Source of the DNA: Candidatus Woesearchaeota archaeon
GTDB lineage: Archaea > Nanobdellota > Nanobdellia > Woesearchaeales > JAZDKJ01
NCBI GenBank assembly: GCA_043803105.1
Contig: JAZDKJ010000006.1
Span: 288,001 to 352,000 of the forward strand
Reading direction: 5' to 3'
Length of the DNA stretch: 64,000 bases
This document shows positions 40,730 to 50,914 of the stretch, one piece after another. Position numbers and translations under genes: made by a program. The first letter of the stretch is position 1; the number at the start of each line of letters is the position of its first letter. The notes beneath the pieces are model-generated. The model was not told the DNA's origin. It saw only the letters and a list, made by a program, of their open reading frames with translations, and searched no databases.

Positions 40730-40882
40730 CAGTGCATTGCGTTCAGCGTGCTTAAAATGTCTTGTTTAAGAACAACCGAAAATTTTCCGAAATGTACAAA
40801 GGATTTTCAATTTTGTGCGCAAAACACCCTCATTGGACATCCTGTCAAAGCCTATTTAAGTCAGAAAAAAGATTCTCAACCT

Positions 40883-43456
40883 GTGAAAGCATGGCTCATG
40901 GATTCTTACAGGAGCAGGAACTCTATAGTGCTTTGGATAAAGACTCCTGACTCTGACATAAGGCTTGTGAGGCGCTTCAACACATTTATCTACGTTGATG
41001 TGCGAGCAGAGCCTTTTTTAAAAAAGCAGGGCCTTGTCTACTTTAGGCTGCAGAAGCAGACCTATCTTAGGAAGTGGAAGACTGTCCTTGCTGTGCTTGT
41101 GCCAAATCTTTCTGATTTTGAGAGGTTTGTCTCCTGGATTGAAAAAAGCACTAACTACACAGTCCCCATGTATAATGCTGATATTGTTCCTGAGCAGATG
41201 TTTTTTTACGAGCATAGGCTTGTCCCATGCAGTGCTGTCGAGATTGAGAACAACGTGATTATGAAAATGCCCGATGATGTCTCGATTCCTTTAAAGACCA
41301 TGGAGGTCAAGATTTGCACTAAAAATGCAAGGGACAATACTGTAAAGGTTGATTCTATTACTCTTGCTAACAAGCGTTTTGAAGGTGATGAATCATCTAT
41401 ATTAAAGTCATTTGTTGATGAATTTGTTGCTTTCGACCCTGATGTAATCGTGATTGAGCACGCATTCTCGCTTTTGCCTTATCTTGATTACAGGCTAAGG
41501 ATGAATGGATTGCATTGCCCTTTCCATCGCTGGGACGAATTGCCTATAAGGTACAGAGGCGGAAAGTCTTATTACACTTATGGCAGTGTGCGCTACCAGG
41601 ATTTTGCTATCCGCCTTCACGGCCGTTTTCTTGTTGATTCTTCTACAATGATAGGCGCAACCTGCGAGATTGATGCTATAATCGAGCTTTGCCATCTCTC
41701 TCACACAAGGTTTCAGGAGCTTGCCTCAAGAAGTTTTGGTGCAGTCTTTCAGTCTTCCCTTGTTAGGGAGATGGTTAACCATGGCTTTCTTGTCCCTTTC
41801 AAGGAGAAGCCTGTTGACAAGCCTATAAGTCTTTTCGAGCTGATGAAGTCTGACCAGGCTGCTCACAGGATTGACCCTAAGCCAGGCTTTCACACTGATG
41901 TTGCAGAGATTGATTTCTGTTCCATGTTCCCCTGGATCATCTACAACCATAACATCAGCGCTGACACAATACTTTCTGACAATGGTCCTTTCGAGCATGT
42001 TCCAGGCATTCCTGTAAGGATTTCCCTTAGCCATAAGGGCCTTGTCCCTATAGCAATAAAGCCAATACTTGATAGGCGCATGGAATACAAGAAAAACCCT
42101 ACTGCTGTGAACAAGGCCAGGGCAGTTGGCCTAAAATGGGTTCTTGTTACAAGCTATGGCTATCTCCGCTTCAGGGAGTTTAAGCTTGGCATTGCAAGGT
42201 CTCACATGGCTGTATGTGCTTATGCTAGGGAGATTCTTCTTTCTGCCATGCGACTTGCAGAGGAGAAGGGCTTTGAGGTGGTTCACGGCATTGTTGACTC
42301 GCTCTACATCAAGAAAAAAGGTATTGCAGAACAGGAAGTCAGGGACTTTTGCAGGGAGCTTGAGATGATGACAGGAATCCCTGTGGGCCTTGAAGGAATT
42401 TTCAAGTGGATTGTTTTTCTTCCAAGCGTTGTTGACAAGGACAGGCCTTTGCCTACCTGCTATTATGGGGTTTTTCATAATGGCGACATAAAGGCCAGGG
42501 GCATAGAAATCAGGAAAAGAAGCTCGCCTAATATTGTGAAGTATTTCCAGAAAAAGGCTCTTGAAGAATTGAGCAGCTGCTCCACAGAAGAAGAGATTGT
42601 GCAAAAGGCTCCAAAGCTTTGTTCTCTCCTGAAAAGGACTATCGGCAGGCTTGCAAGCCTTGATGCTAATGCCCTGTCCTGCTGTCTTCGGCTTGCCAAG
42701 CCTGATTACAAGTTTGATATTCCACAGAAGAAAGTTATGAGGCTTTTGGCTAAAAAAGGCATTTCTGTTTTTCCTGGCCAGACTGTGAGCTTTGTTTTCC
42801 AGCAGAACAGGTTGGTCTTACCAGAGGATTATAATGGCAAGCCAGACATCGCGTTTTACAGGAAGCTTTTGTTAAGGGCTCTTTTTGTCGTATTGCAGCC
42901 TTTTGGCTTCACCAAGGAAATGCTTGAGGAGTTGCTTAAATCCCAGACAAAGCTCCTTGACTTTGACACTGTTAGGCATGTTTTTGTCCCGATGCAAAAA
43001 CAATATTCTGAGCGGCAAGGTTTATCAGAGCGCATCCTTGCGAGGCGTTTGATAAAACAAGGCTGGTCTGTATGGAGGGGTGGCTTGATTAATATAGTGA
43101 ACAAGGACGACCTTTATCCCAATGTGAGAAAAAGATATGAGAAGCTTAACTCCCTTCTTTTCAAGCACCGCCCTGACCTCTTAGACTATCTGCATTATCT
43201 GTGTGATGTCCATCATGGCATGCCTGATTTCATATGCTTCAGGAACGGTGTTTTCAAGTTTGTGGAATGCAAGCTCGGCCATGAGCAATTAAGCGTTAGG
43301 CAGAAGAAATGCATTGCAAAGCTCCAGGAGATTGGATTTGTTGTTGAGGTTCACAAGCTTGTTGAGAGCTGCACAAAGGCAAGGATTGCACAGGTTAATC
43401 TTGCTGAGGGCACTAAGGTTGTGTTTGAAAGGCAGGCTAGACTTGTTTTATACTAG
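40883..43456 (+). CDS. Family B DNA polymerase (PolB2 type) with C-terminal VRR-NUC nuclease domain
   Basis: DFCSMFP, KWVLVTSYGY, HGIVDS, RGIE; C-terminal GMPDF..FVECK..LSVRQ. Confidence 0.88.
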   Translation: MKAWLMDSYRSRNSIVLWIKTPDSDIRLVRRFNTFIYVDVRAEPFLKKQGLVYFRLQKQTYLRKWKTVLAVLVPNLSDFERFVSWIEKSTNYTVPMYNADIVPEQMFFYEHRLVPCSAVEIENNVIMKMPDDVSIPLKTMEVKICTKNARDNTVKVDSITLANKRFEGDESSILKSFVDEFVAFDPDVIVIEHAFSLLPYLDYRLRMNGLHCPFHRWDELPIRYRGGKSYYTYGSVRYQDFAIRLHGRFLVDSSTMIGATCEIDAIIELCHLSHTRFQELASRSFGAVFQSSLVREMVNHGFLVPFKEKPVDKPISLFELMKSDQAAHRIDPKPGFHTDVAEIDFCSMFPWIIYNHNISADTILSDNGPFEHVPGIPVRISLSHKGLVPIAIKPILDRRMEYKKNPTAVNKARAVGLKWVLVTSYGYLRFREFKLGIARSHMAVCAYAREILLSAMRLAEEKGFEVVHGIVDSLYIKKKGIAEQEVRDFCRELEMMTGIPVGLEGIFKWIVFLPSVVDKDRPLPTCYYGVFHNGDIKARGIEIRKRSSPNIVKYFQKKALEELSSCSTEEEIVQKAPKLCSLLKRTIGRLASLDANALSCCLRLAKPDYKFDIPQKKVMRLLAKKGISVFPGQTVSFVFQQNRLVLPEDYNGKPDIAFYRKLLLRALFVVLQPFGFTKEMLEELLKSQTKLLDFDTVRHVFVPMQKQYSERQGLSERILARRLIKQGWSVWRGGLINIVNKDDLYPNVRKRYEKLNSLLFKHRPDLLDYLHYLCDVHHGMPDFICFRNGVFKFVECKLGHEQLSVRQKKCIAKLQEIGFVVEVHKLVESCTKARIAQVNLAEGTKVVFERQARLVLY

Positions 43457-43520
43457 CACTCTCAAATATATTATGGGTTATAATAAAACATAAAAACAAG
43501 CTGCTCATTATTTTCTGCCA

Positions 43521-44246
43521 ATGATTACCCCTGTCAGGAACATTGTGCGTAGTGACGGCAAGACCTTTGTCATCAAGGGACCTGTCCATAAAGCTTTTCC
43601 CAACGATTGGATTTTAGCAACTGGCGACATTGACGATAAGTCTTATGTATTCTTCCCCGAAGACCCGGGGCCAGTGCCCTCCGTTTACACAATGGAGGAC
43701 AGGCACACTATCACGCTTCACAAGCGCTCAACTGAGGCGAAGAAGCTCTACAGTCTTCTGGCCTTTGAATGGCAGAAATACGTCGCTGACCTTGACGATC
43801 GACTGTCTAATTTGTTTATAGAGACAAAGGAACTCATCGAGCACGGTGATGTTTTTGTTGCAGAGGAAGAGTTAGACTACATCCAACATAAACTGCAAAT
43901 TAATAGGACTGTTGTAGAGCGCCTGCTGAAAGACAGGGATTATGATGTTAGTCCCTTACAGGCTGCCCTAAGAAATGCTTATACCAAGGGGGTGGAATTC
44001 TATATTGGCATGGCCATCAAATACGCACCCAAGTTTGGCAGAGATGCTTTGGAGCATTTCTGCAACTGTGCTATTGTCTGCGCCCAAAAATCCAACCTTG
44101 AACAGAAGGTTTACGACATTCAAAAAGTTTGGACAGAACATTTGCCTGTAGCTCAGAATGCAGACATAAGGAACGAGGTTGAGCAGCTTCAGACAGGAAG
44201 GATACTTCACATGCTTAGCATGTGGCCGTCTATACCTTCGGCATAA
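43521..44246 (+). CDS. Hypothetical protein
   Basis: 241-aa ORF. Confidence 0.6.
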   Translation: MITPVRNIVRSDGKTFVIKGPVHKAFPNDWILATGDIDDKSYVFFPEDPGPVPSVYTMEDRHTITLHKRSTEAKKLYSLLAFEWQKYVADLDDRLSNLFIETKELIEHGDVFVAEEELDYIQHKLQINRTVVERLLKDRDYDVSPLQAALRNAYTKGVEFYIGMAIKYAPKFGRDALEHFCNCAIVCAQKSNLEQKVYDIQKVWTEHLPVAQNADIRNEVEQLQTGRILHMLSMWPSIPSA

Positions 44247-44272
44247 TCCAAAAAAAATAAAAAGAAAAAAAT

Positions 44273-44470
44273 CTACTCCTTATATAAGAAGTATATCATG
44301 TACAGGGCGGCCAAACCAACCAAGATGTAGATTATGGTTACCAGCATGCTAATGCCACCAAAAATTGCTGTAACCAGATTTAGGTTAAATGCCCCAACCA
44401 GTCCCCAGTTCAGCCCTCCTATGATAACAAGGATCAGGCTAGTCCAGTCCAATGCGTTTTTTTCTGCCAC
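44273..44470 (-). CDS. DUF378 small membrane protein
   Basis: LVIIGGLNWGLVG.FN.NLV..IFG...IYILVGLA; GGAGG RBS. Confidence 0.9.
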   Translation of the reverse strand: MAEKNALDWTSLILVIIGGLNWGLVGAFNLNLVTAIFGGISMLVTIIYILVGLAALYMIYFLYKE

Positions 44471-44596
44471 TTTACCACCTCCAAACTATATATCAAAACC
44501 TGGCTATTCTCCTATATAAAAACTTTGCGCTTAAACCACCCTGTGTATGATGGTCGGTGCAAATCTTTTTAAATTCCATGGTAACAACCTTTCGCT

Positions 44597-45004
44597 ATGA
44601 AATACTGTAAAATCCCAGAACCTCCTGTTGATCCAGTAACCGGTCTGCGAATAGGCACCAGCAATCTGGTAATGTCATGCCTTGAGGATGAACTCCAAAA
44701 GGTGCAAAAAGCGCTGGAAGGCACTGGCTGGACAGTGAGGCAGATTCCAGGGGTTTTGCCTTATTGCCGTATCCCATATCTTCTCCCAGTACAATCAGGA
44801 AAGTCTGTTGTCTATCTCGCGCAGATTAGCGACCCCACTGGAACGGTCCTTGCCAACTTTGACGAAAAAATAGTCCGGCGATGGTTCAGTCCTTTTGATA
44901 CTGTCAACGCTATATTCAAGCTTCAATCTCCTGACGGGCAATGTCTAACTATTGAGTTTCCTGTAAAGGATGCGGGAGTTTATTGTCAAAGAAATCACAA
45001 ATGA
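44597..45004 (+). CDS. Hypothetical protein
   Basis: 135-aa ORF, TATA upstream. Confidence 0.5.
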   Translation: MKYCKIPEPPVDPVTGLRIGTSNLVMSCLEDELQKVQKALEGTGWTVRQIPGVLPYCRIPYLLPVQSGKSVVYLAQISDPTGTVLANFDEKIVRRWFSPFDTVNAIFKLQSPDGQCLTIEFPVKDAGVYCQRNHK

Positions 45005-45010
45005 GTATGC

Positions 45011-46111
45011 CTATTCTTTCTTGTTCACCAGCTCTACCACAGACTCGCTATGGTTTGTCTGCGGGAAGAAATCAAAGAGTGCAGCGCTCTTTACTCTGTA
45101 GTTCTTGAATTTAGGGATGTCCTTCGCAAGTTGTCCCACATTGCATGAGATATATATTATGGCTTCAGGCTCAAGCCTTTTCAATTGTGTTATTGTCTCC
45201 TGCTCCATTCCGCTCCTTGGAGGGTCAGCAATTACGAAGTTATGCTTTTCAAACCTTAACCTTCCAATCTGCCTTGCTTCAAGGTTAACTGCCTCAGCAT
45301 TCGTGACTTTGTTTTTCTGTATATTGTGCTTTGCAAATTCCACTGCGCGCTTGTAGCTTTCGACCATTACCACTCTCTTAAACAAATCAGAGTTTATTAT
45401 TCCGAAGGTTCCCACTCCAGAATACAGGTCTAACAAGGTTGCTGATTTGGTTGGGTAATCCTCAAGAAGTTTTCTAACATATCTATGCATCTCCTCTGCC
45501 ATCTCATGGTTGTTCTGGAAAAATCCTTGAATAGAGTACCTGAATTCTTTGTCCAGCAGGGTCTCGGTCAAATAGTCCCTTCCCTTGATAATTGCGAACT
45601 CTTCAGACACTCCTACATTTGTTCCTTTAGGAACGTATGTTACTAACACATTGTTTGCATTTGACCTAAAACCTTTAATCTGCTCAACAGCCTCATTGAG
45701 TCTTACTGATTCTTGATTCAATACAAAGGATATGCTCGAATCACCCGGTGGTGTCCTTATGACTGCAAACTTGTTTGTGCCGGTGAAGTTCTTGAAATCA
45801 AAAAAATCTCTATCCTTAAATTTAGAGTTAACCTCCGCAAGGAGCTTGTTTATCTCAGCGCTAGCTATCACGCATTCCTCTACTGCTATTACTGTTGTGG
45901 GCTCCCTTTCCTTTCTAAAGCCAAGGCCTTCCTTACAAAAAACCAAGTCCATCCTTGTCCTGTAGCCATACTCCTTGCCAGAAAAGACCTTGATGTCATC
46001 AATCTTGACAGCCTTCTGTAACACTTTTTTCTTGTTCTCGAGCTGCAATTCATAGGTGATATGCTGGCTTGTGCATCCCCCGCACTTTCCAAAGTATATG
46101 CATTCTGCCAT
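45011..46111 (-). CDS. RNA uracil-5 methyltransferase, RlmD/TrmA family
   Basis: CIYFGKCGGC Fe-S motif, FFQNN, DLYSGVG, DPPRSG, YISCN, FPQTNHSE. Confidence 0.92.
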   Translation of the reverse strand: MAECIYFGKCGGCTSQHITYELQLENKKKVLQKAVKIDDIKVFSGKEYGYRTRMDLVFCKEGLGFRKEREPTTVIAVEECVIASAEINKLLAEVNSKFKDRDFFDFKNFTGTNKFAVIRTPPGDSSISFVLNQESVRLNEAVEQIKGFRSNANNVLVTYVPKGTNVGVSEEFAIIKGRDYLTETLLDKEFRYSIQGFFQNNHEMAEEMHRYVRKLLEDYPTKSATLLDLYSGVGTFGIINSDLFKRVVMVESYKRAVEFAKHNIQKNKVTNAEAVNLEARQIGRLRFEKHNFVIADPPRSGMEQETITQLKRLEPEAIIYISCNVGQLAKDIPKFKNYRVKSAALFDFFPQTNHSESVVELVNKKE

Positions 46112-46185
46112 ACGCATTTGGAGTTCCTTCTTGTATTAAACTTTATGCAAAAAGCTTTTTAAGTGACATAGTAATTTTCCTGGCA

Positions 46186-47286
46186 ATGACGCCTGTACCG
46201 GTAACTTATGTGCCAGCAACTTATAATAGACTAATCCATTTAAGCTCAAGTCAGGCTGTCGAGCTGATTGCCCAATCATACCAAATCAAGAAGGAAGAGC
46301 TTGTCGAGCTCGTAAAAGGCAATTTTCGTGACAAACTCCCGCATTCTGCATGGCTAATACTAAATAGTTCGCACAAGAATCTTAAGATCCCTAAGGAAGA
46401 CTGTCTTACCCAGATAACTCCTGCAAAGATTGCTGCATTGGTTACTGATTGGTCTTCGCCCGTCTCAGACACGAAAGGGATTGAAAACATCCTACCCAAT
46501 CCTTACGGAACAGATGACCCAGTTACCGCACTTTCAAATTTCCAGAGAAAGACTGCAGAAAGGCTTTGGGGCAAAGGTTATGCCTATCAAGTCGGTGAAC
46601 CAACTCCTGCCAAGAAAGATAAGAGGTCGGTCTGGGCTAGGGACTTGAATGTTTATCATTTGTTTTTCTTTGGTGCTGTTAAGGCAGCCGGCACGCCTTA
46701 CGATGATGGAAGATTAACAATCTCTGGCGAGGCTGAAGATTCTGTATTCTATAATACCTGTCTTGAGGGTATGCTGAAAACTGTGTTCAAACTTAACATT
46801 CGAACTCAGGCAGAGTCCATAAACCACCGGAACGGCAAAGAGAACTGCATTGACCACCGTGTCCGTTTGTATTCCAGGTCGTGGAAACTCCATTCATATC
46901 TTCAAAACAGGATTGATTTATTTGATAAAGAGTGTTCTTTCTTGCCGCTAAAGCCAGAGCACCTTGTAAAAGACCAGACAGAGGCATCAAATTTTTCTCT
47001 AGCGTATCTTATGGGTATGATTGCTGCAGGTGGCTATTTCAAGATGAGGGATTATGGCAACTCGCTTCAATTCGATGACTCCAACCGAGAACTTATCCAC
47101 GACATAAAGCATGTTATTGATTCAAATTTTCTGCCCTTTGATTATCGCAATCCATCCAATAGTCCTGGCCACCTTACCTTTAGCCAGGCTGAAGTGCAAA
47201 AGATGGCTGAGCAATATGTTCCTTTTAAGATAGTCCCTGGCCAGATAGGCTTGCTCACAAACCTGAAACATATTGCTCGCTTGTGA
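46186..47286 (+). CDS. Hypothetical protein, probable degenerate double-motif LAGLIDADG
   Basis: FFFGAVKAAG and YLMGMIAAGG motifs, each followed by strand/helix pattern. Confidence 0.5.
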   Translation: MTPVPVTYVPATYNRLIHLSSSQAVELIAQSYQIKKEELVELVKGNFRDKLPHSAWLILNSSHKNLKIPKEDCLTQITPAKIAALVTDWSSPVSDTKGIENILPNPYGTDDPVTALSNFQRKTAERLWGKGYAYQVGEPTPAKKDKRSVWARDLNVYHLFFFGAVKAAGTPYDDGRLTISGEAEDSVFYNTCLEGMLKTVFKLNIRTQAESINHRNGKENCIDHRVRLYSRSWKLHSYLQNRIDLFDKECSFLPLKPEHLVKDQTEASNFSLAYLMGMIAAGGYFKMRDYGNSLQFDDSNRELIHDIKHVIDSNFLPFDYRNPSNSPGHLTFSQAEVQKMAEQYVPFKIVPGQIGLLTNLKHIARL

Positions 47287-47322
47287 ATAAAGTTTATATA
47301 TAGAAGATTCTTATGTATCCTC

Positions 47323-47433
47323 ATGAAAAAGAAGAAGAAACTGCTTGATGAAGAGCCCTTGGACATTGAGGACAACAGTGACATAGTGGTCCACGAGCCT
47401 TATGTGAAGGAAGAGCACAGGAAAGAGGTCTAG
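47323..47433 (+). CDS. Small hypothetical peptide (36 aa)
   Basis: MKKKKKLLDEEPLDIED...; TTTATATA ~25 bp upstream. Confidence 0.45.
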   Translation: MKKKKKLLDEEPLDIEDNSDIVVHEPYVKEEHRKEV

Positions 47434-47474
47434 CACAAACTTTTTTATATAACCCTAGATGCCAGTCTGCTTGC

Positions 47475-47590
47475 GGGCCCATAGCTTAGCAGGTAGAGCA
47501 TCCGGCTCTTAAGATTCAAAGCAACCGGAAGGTCGGGAGTTCAAAAGGCTCTTAGCGCATGTTAAGGCATTGAAAGCCTCCCTGGGCTCA
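47475..47590 (+). tRNA. tRNA-Lys(CTT) with 12-nt canonical intron (47512-47523) and 31-nt T-loop intron (47546-47576)
   Basis: GGGCCCA/TGGGCTC; TCCGG-CTCTTAA-CCGGA; BHB TTCA/TGAA. Confidence 0.92.
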
Positions 47591-47613
47591 CTTTTTTTCT
47601 CTGAGCAATTTAC

Positions 47614-48318
47614 TTAAGTTTGTTGTAAGAAATCTACTTTCTTTGTTGCCATTAAAGTCACAGATTCAAGTGCCTTAGGTGCTTTGTAAGGCCCTGGCCC
47701 AAGGCTTGCCTCTATTCCCGGTATGCTGCTTATTTGTTCATTTACGAACCTACTAAGATCATTTGGGCCAAAGGTAATATGATAAATGTTGGTTGCCTCT
47801 TCTGATTTCATCCTTTGAAGCACCACTTCTGGATGAGTGTTCAAATAGTCCTTTACCAGCCGCAAAGCCAACATCATCTGATCCAGCAATATTGGTCCAC
47901 TTTTCATGCTGATTGACAATTTCTGGTAATTGATAGACAGAGTCTTTATAACCAGTTCGTCAACCTTCTCAACCAAAGTTCCTTTGCCCAGGAAATTTGA
48001 CTTTAATGGCTCATCAGGCTTTTCTTTGCTGCAGCGAACGTAGAACATCTCGCTTCCATCACTAACTTGGAGATAGTAATCACGAACTCCTTGTTCAGTC
48101 ACTTTTGTTGTGGTCGCTTCTCCAAATGCTTCCAGTATTGCCAGTGTATGCCCCTGGTGCCTGTCCAAAAACCTTTGGTGGTCGTCTTGCGGCACCGCGC
48201 CTTGCGTCATTTCCTCAATAGTTTTGCCTTTGGCAACATTGTACTCAGGCCAATTGTCAAAAGGCGAAATTGGCTCTGCCTTTTTGCAGTCTCTACAAAA
48301 CCTGAATGCCTTAGCCAT
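47614..48318 (-). CDS. Hypothetical protein (N-terminal CxxC...HxxH)
   Basis: 234-aa ORF. Confidence 0.6.
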   Translation of the reverse strand: MAKAFRFCRDCKKAEPISPFDNWPEYNVAKGKTIEEMTQGAVPQDDHQRFLDRHQGHTLAILEAFGEATTTKVTEQGVRDYYLQVSDGSEMFYVRCSKEKPDEPLKSNFLGKGTLVEKVDELVIKTLSINYQKLSISMKSGPILLDQMMLALRLVKDYLNTHPEVVLQRMKSEEATNIYHITFGPNDLSRFVNEQISSIPGIEASLGPGPYKAPKALESVTLMATKKVDFLQQT

Positions 48319-48366
48319 AGGAGAGAGGAATCACCAAATGTTTATAATGTTTAACCTTTACAGAAA

Positions 48367-48876
48367 TCATTTTGTCTTTCGCATTCTGCGCAGGGCTTCT
48401 AGCTCTATTGGCCTCATTGTACTCTGAAGGCGCTCATAAGTCTTTTCCAGGTTCGAAAGAGTCCCCGGCTTATAGCCATTTTCTTCTAGCCACTTAAGAT
48501 AATCGCTAACAACACCCTGTATTGGGTACTGAATGGCTGATACATTGTTCTCCAGCCTGCTTATCCTGACCCTTGCAGATTGTACATTCTTTGCTCCTAA
48601 TTTGTTTGCAAGGTCTGCCAGGCTTAATCCTTGAATTTGCCTTATCATCCTGGCTTGTTTTCCGTCAAATGGCTTGTATTTTTTTGAGTTAACGCTTAGC
48701 TGCATTGCTACTGCCTCAACCCTTTGCACATAATCCAGTCTTTCTTGTCTCGGTAGCTTATGGAAATGGTCTGCCATTTGTTTCAGATAAAGCCCGAGAA
48801 CATTCTCAAGAGAACTGTCAAGTCTTTGCTTCGCCTTTTCCAGTTGTGCAATATATTGATGGTCATCCAGTACCAT
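48367..48876 (-). CDS. XRE-type helix-turn-helix protein
   Basis: RMIRQIQGLSLADLANKLG...ISRLEN. Confidence 0.7.
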   Translation of the reverse strand: MVLDDHQYIAQLEKAKQRLDSSLENVLGLYLKQMADHFHKLPRQERLDYVQRVEAVAMQLSVNSKKYKPFDGKQARMIRQIQGLSLADLANKLGAKNVQSARVRISRLENNVSAIQYPIQGVVSDYLKWLEENGYKPGTLSNLEKTYERLQSTMRPIELEALRRMRKTK

Positions 48877-49087
48877 TTTGGTTTGATTATTTCATTAAGC
48901 CTTAAAAAGCTTATCCCAGCCCTATCTCCCATTAGGCAATACGAAATTCATATATGGAAATTCCCAAAAAAACTAAACCTTTATAAACCCTTTAGGTTTC
49001 TTAAGTGCGAGAGAGAAAGAGTGAGGTCAAATTCAGAAAAAACTACTTTCTCGGCAATAAAATTGCTGTTTTGGAGAAAAAAGATTG

Positions 49088-49438
49088 ATGAACAAAATCA
49101 AGCCGATTTTGCCCAGCTTAAGGGAAAGAAAAAGGTATTTGGCTTTCGAAATAATCTCTGAAGACAAAGCACACGACTTTTCCGCTGTTTCAAAGGCTCT
49201 TTGGCAGGCTTTTTACAAATGCCTGGGAGAATTTGAGTGCAGCAGGGCAGGTATTCAGATTGTGGCAGAGAAGTACAACGCAAATCTGCAAAGAGGACTG
49301 TTGAGGGTAAACAATCGGTACGTAAACCATATAAAATCAGCCTTGATTTTCATCGATCATGTCAGCGGCACCAATGCTATAGTAAGGAGTGTTGGCGTGA
49401 GCGGCATGATCTCAAAAGCGCAACGGCAATACTTATAA
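49088..49438 (+). CDS. rnp2: RNase P protein Pop5/Rpp14
   Basis: LPSLRERKRYLAFE...GVSGMI; exosome operon context. Confidence 0.9.
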   Translation: MNKIKPILPSLRERKRYLAFEIISEDKAHDFSAVSKALWQAFYKCLGEFECSRAGIQIVAEKYNANLQRGLLRVNNRYVNHIKSALIFIDHVSGTNAIVRSVGVSGMISKAQRQYL

Positions 49439-49454
49439 TTCGGAGGTAAGAAAA

Positions 49455-50189
49455 ATGCAACAACCAATGCCCCATCAACTTATGGGTTACGATAGGGCTA
49501 TAACTATGTTCAGCCCAGACGGAAGGCTGTTACAGGTTGAATATGCTAAAAAGACTGTCAAGCAGGGCTCTACTGCCATTGGAATGGTTTGCAGCGATGG
49601 TGTTCTTCTTGTAACAGACAAGAGAATCTTAGACAAGCTCGTTGTTCCGGATTCTGTTGAGAAAATTTTCCAGATCGATGAGCACATAGGCGCAACTGCC
49701 TCAGGCATTCTCTCTGACGCGAGAGTGCTCATTGAGCGTGCACAATTGACTGCTCAGCAGCACAAGATTACTTACGATACTGCAATTGATGTTATTAGCA
49801 TAGTTAAGGACATCTGCAATTTGAAGCAGATATGCACTCAGTCAGGTGGTTTAAGACCTTTTGGGGTCTCTATCCTGGTTGCAGGTATAGACAGGAACGG
49901 GCCACAACTGTATGAGACTGATCCAACAGGAATTTTCTTCCAGTATAGGGCTACTGTCATTGGCGAAGGCGAGACAGAGATTGAGGACATACTTCACAAG
50001 CAGTACAGCGAGAAGATGAACCTTGATGAGGGCTTGAAGCTTTGTTTGCGCGCCTTAACCAAAGTGCTTGACCAGAATTTCACCATTGAAAGGCTTGATG
50101 CTGCGTTTATTCCTGTGGATAAGCCATTTTTCCAGAAGGTTTCAAGGGACAAGCTCGACAAGTTCTTGAAGGAAATAAAGAAGAAGTGA
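49455..50189 (+). CDS. psmA: Proteasome alpha subunit
   Basis: GYDRAITMFSPDGRLLQVEYA, RPFGVS. Confidence 0.97.
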   Translation: MQQPMPHQLMGYDRAITMFSPDGRLLQVEYAKKTVKQGSTAIGMVCSDGVLLVTDKRILDKLVVPDSVEKIFQIDEHIGATASGILSDARVLIERAQLTAQQHKITYDTAIDVISIVKDICNLKQICTQSGGLRPFGVSILVAGIDRNGPQLYETDPTGIFFQYRATVIGEGETEIEDILHKQYSEKMNLDEGLKLCLRALTKVLDQNFTIERLDAAFIPVDKPFFQKVSRDKLDKFLKEIKKK

Positions 50190-50194
50190 TTTTG

Positions 50195-50914
50195 ATGGCA
50201 GGCTTTAGTTTTGACAGGGAAAAGCTGCACCTAAACATTGCAAGGATTCACAAGGCTAACCAGACATTTGAGATAGCCGTTGACCCTGACCTGGCAATGG
50301 AGTTGCGCCAGGGCAAGAATGTTGACATTATTGATGTGCTCAAGAGCGAAAAAGTCTTTTCTGATGTAAGGAAAGGTCTTTTGGCCTCTGAGCATGTCAT
50401 GAAAAGCATTTTTGGCACTTCAGACCCTATGGAGGTTGCCAAGATAATAATTGCCGAAGGTGAGGTGCCGGTAAGTGCTGCCTATAAAGAACGGCAAAAA
50501 GAGGAGAAGATAAAACGGATTATTGACATCATTCACAGGAATGGTGTTGACCCAAAAACGCATCTGCCTCATCCCATCACAAGGATCGAGAATGCTATGG
50601 AAGAGGCAAAGGTTAAGATTGATGACCACAAGTCTGCAGAGGACCAGGTCATGGATATCTTAAAGGATCTAAGAGTCGTTTTGCCAATAAGGTTTGAGAT
50701 GAAGGAAATCGCAGTCAAGATCTCACCAGAGTATGCTGCAAAGTCATATTCTACGGTGAAGAGCTTTGGCACAATCCTTCGAGAGGACTGGCAATCAGAC
50801 GGTTCATGGTCAGTTGTAGTTGAGATCGCCGGTGGAATGGAAAGCGATTTCTATGACAAGATCAATGCGTTGACGCATGGAAATGTTGAAACAAAGGTGT
50901 TAAACACAAAATGA
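50195..50914 (+). CDS. Ribosome maturation protein SBDS/Sdo1
   Basis: FEIAVDP, DPKTHLPHP..RIE; operon context. Confidence 0.95.
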   Translation: MAGFSFDREKLHLNIARIHKANQTFEIAVDPDLAMELRQGKNVDIIDVLKSEKVFSDVRKGLLASEHVMKSIFGTSDPMEVAKIIIAEGEVPVSAAYKERQKEEKIKRIIDIIHRNGVDPKTHLPHPITRIENAMEEAKVKIDDHKSAEDQVMDILKDLRVVLPIRFEMKEIAVKISPEYAAKSYSTVKSFGTILREDWQSDGSWSVVVEIAGGMESDFYDKINALTHGNVETKVLNTK

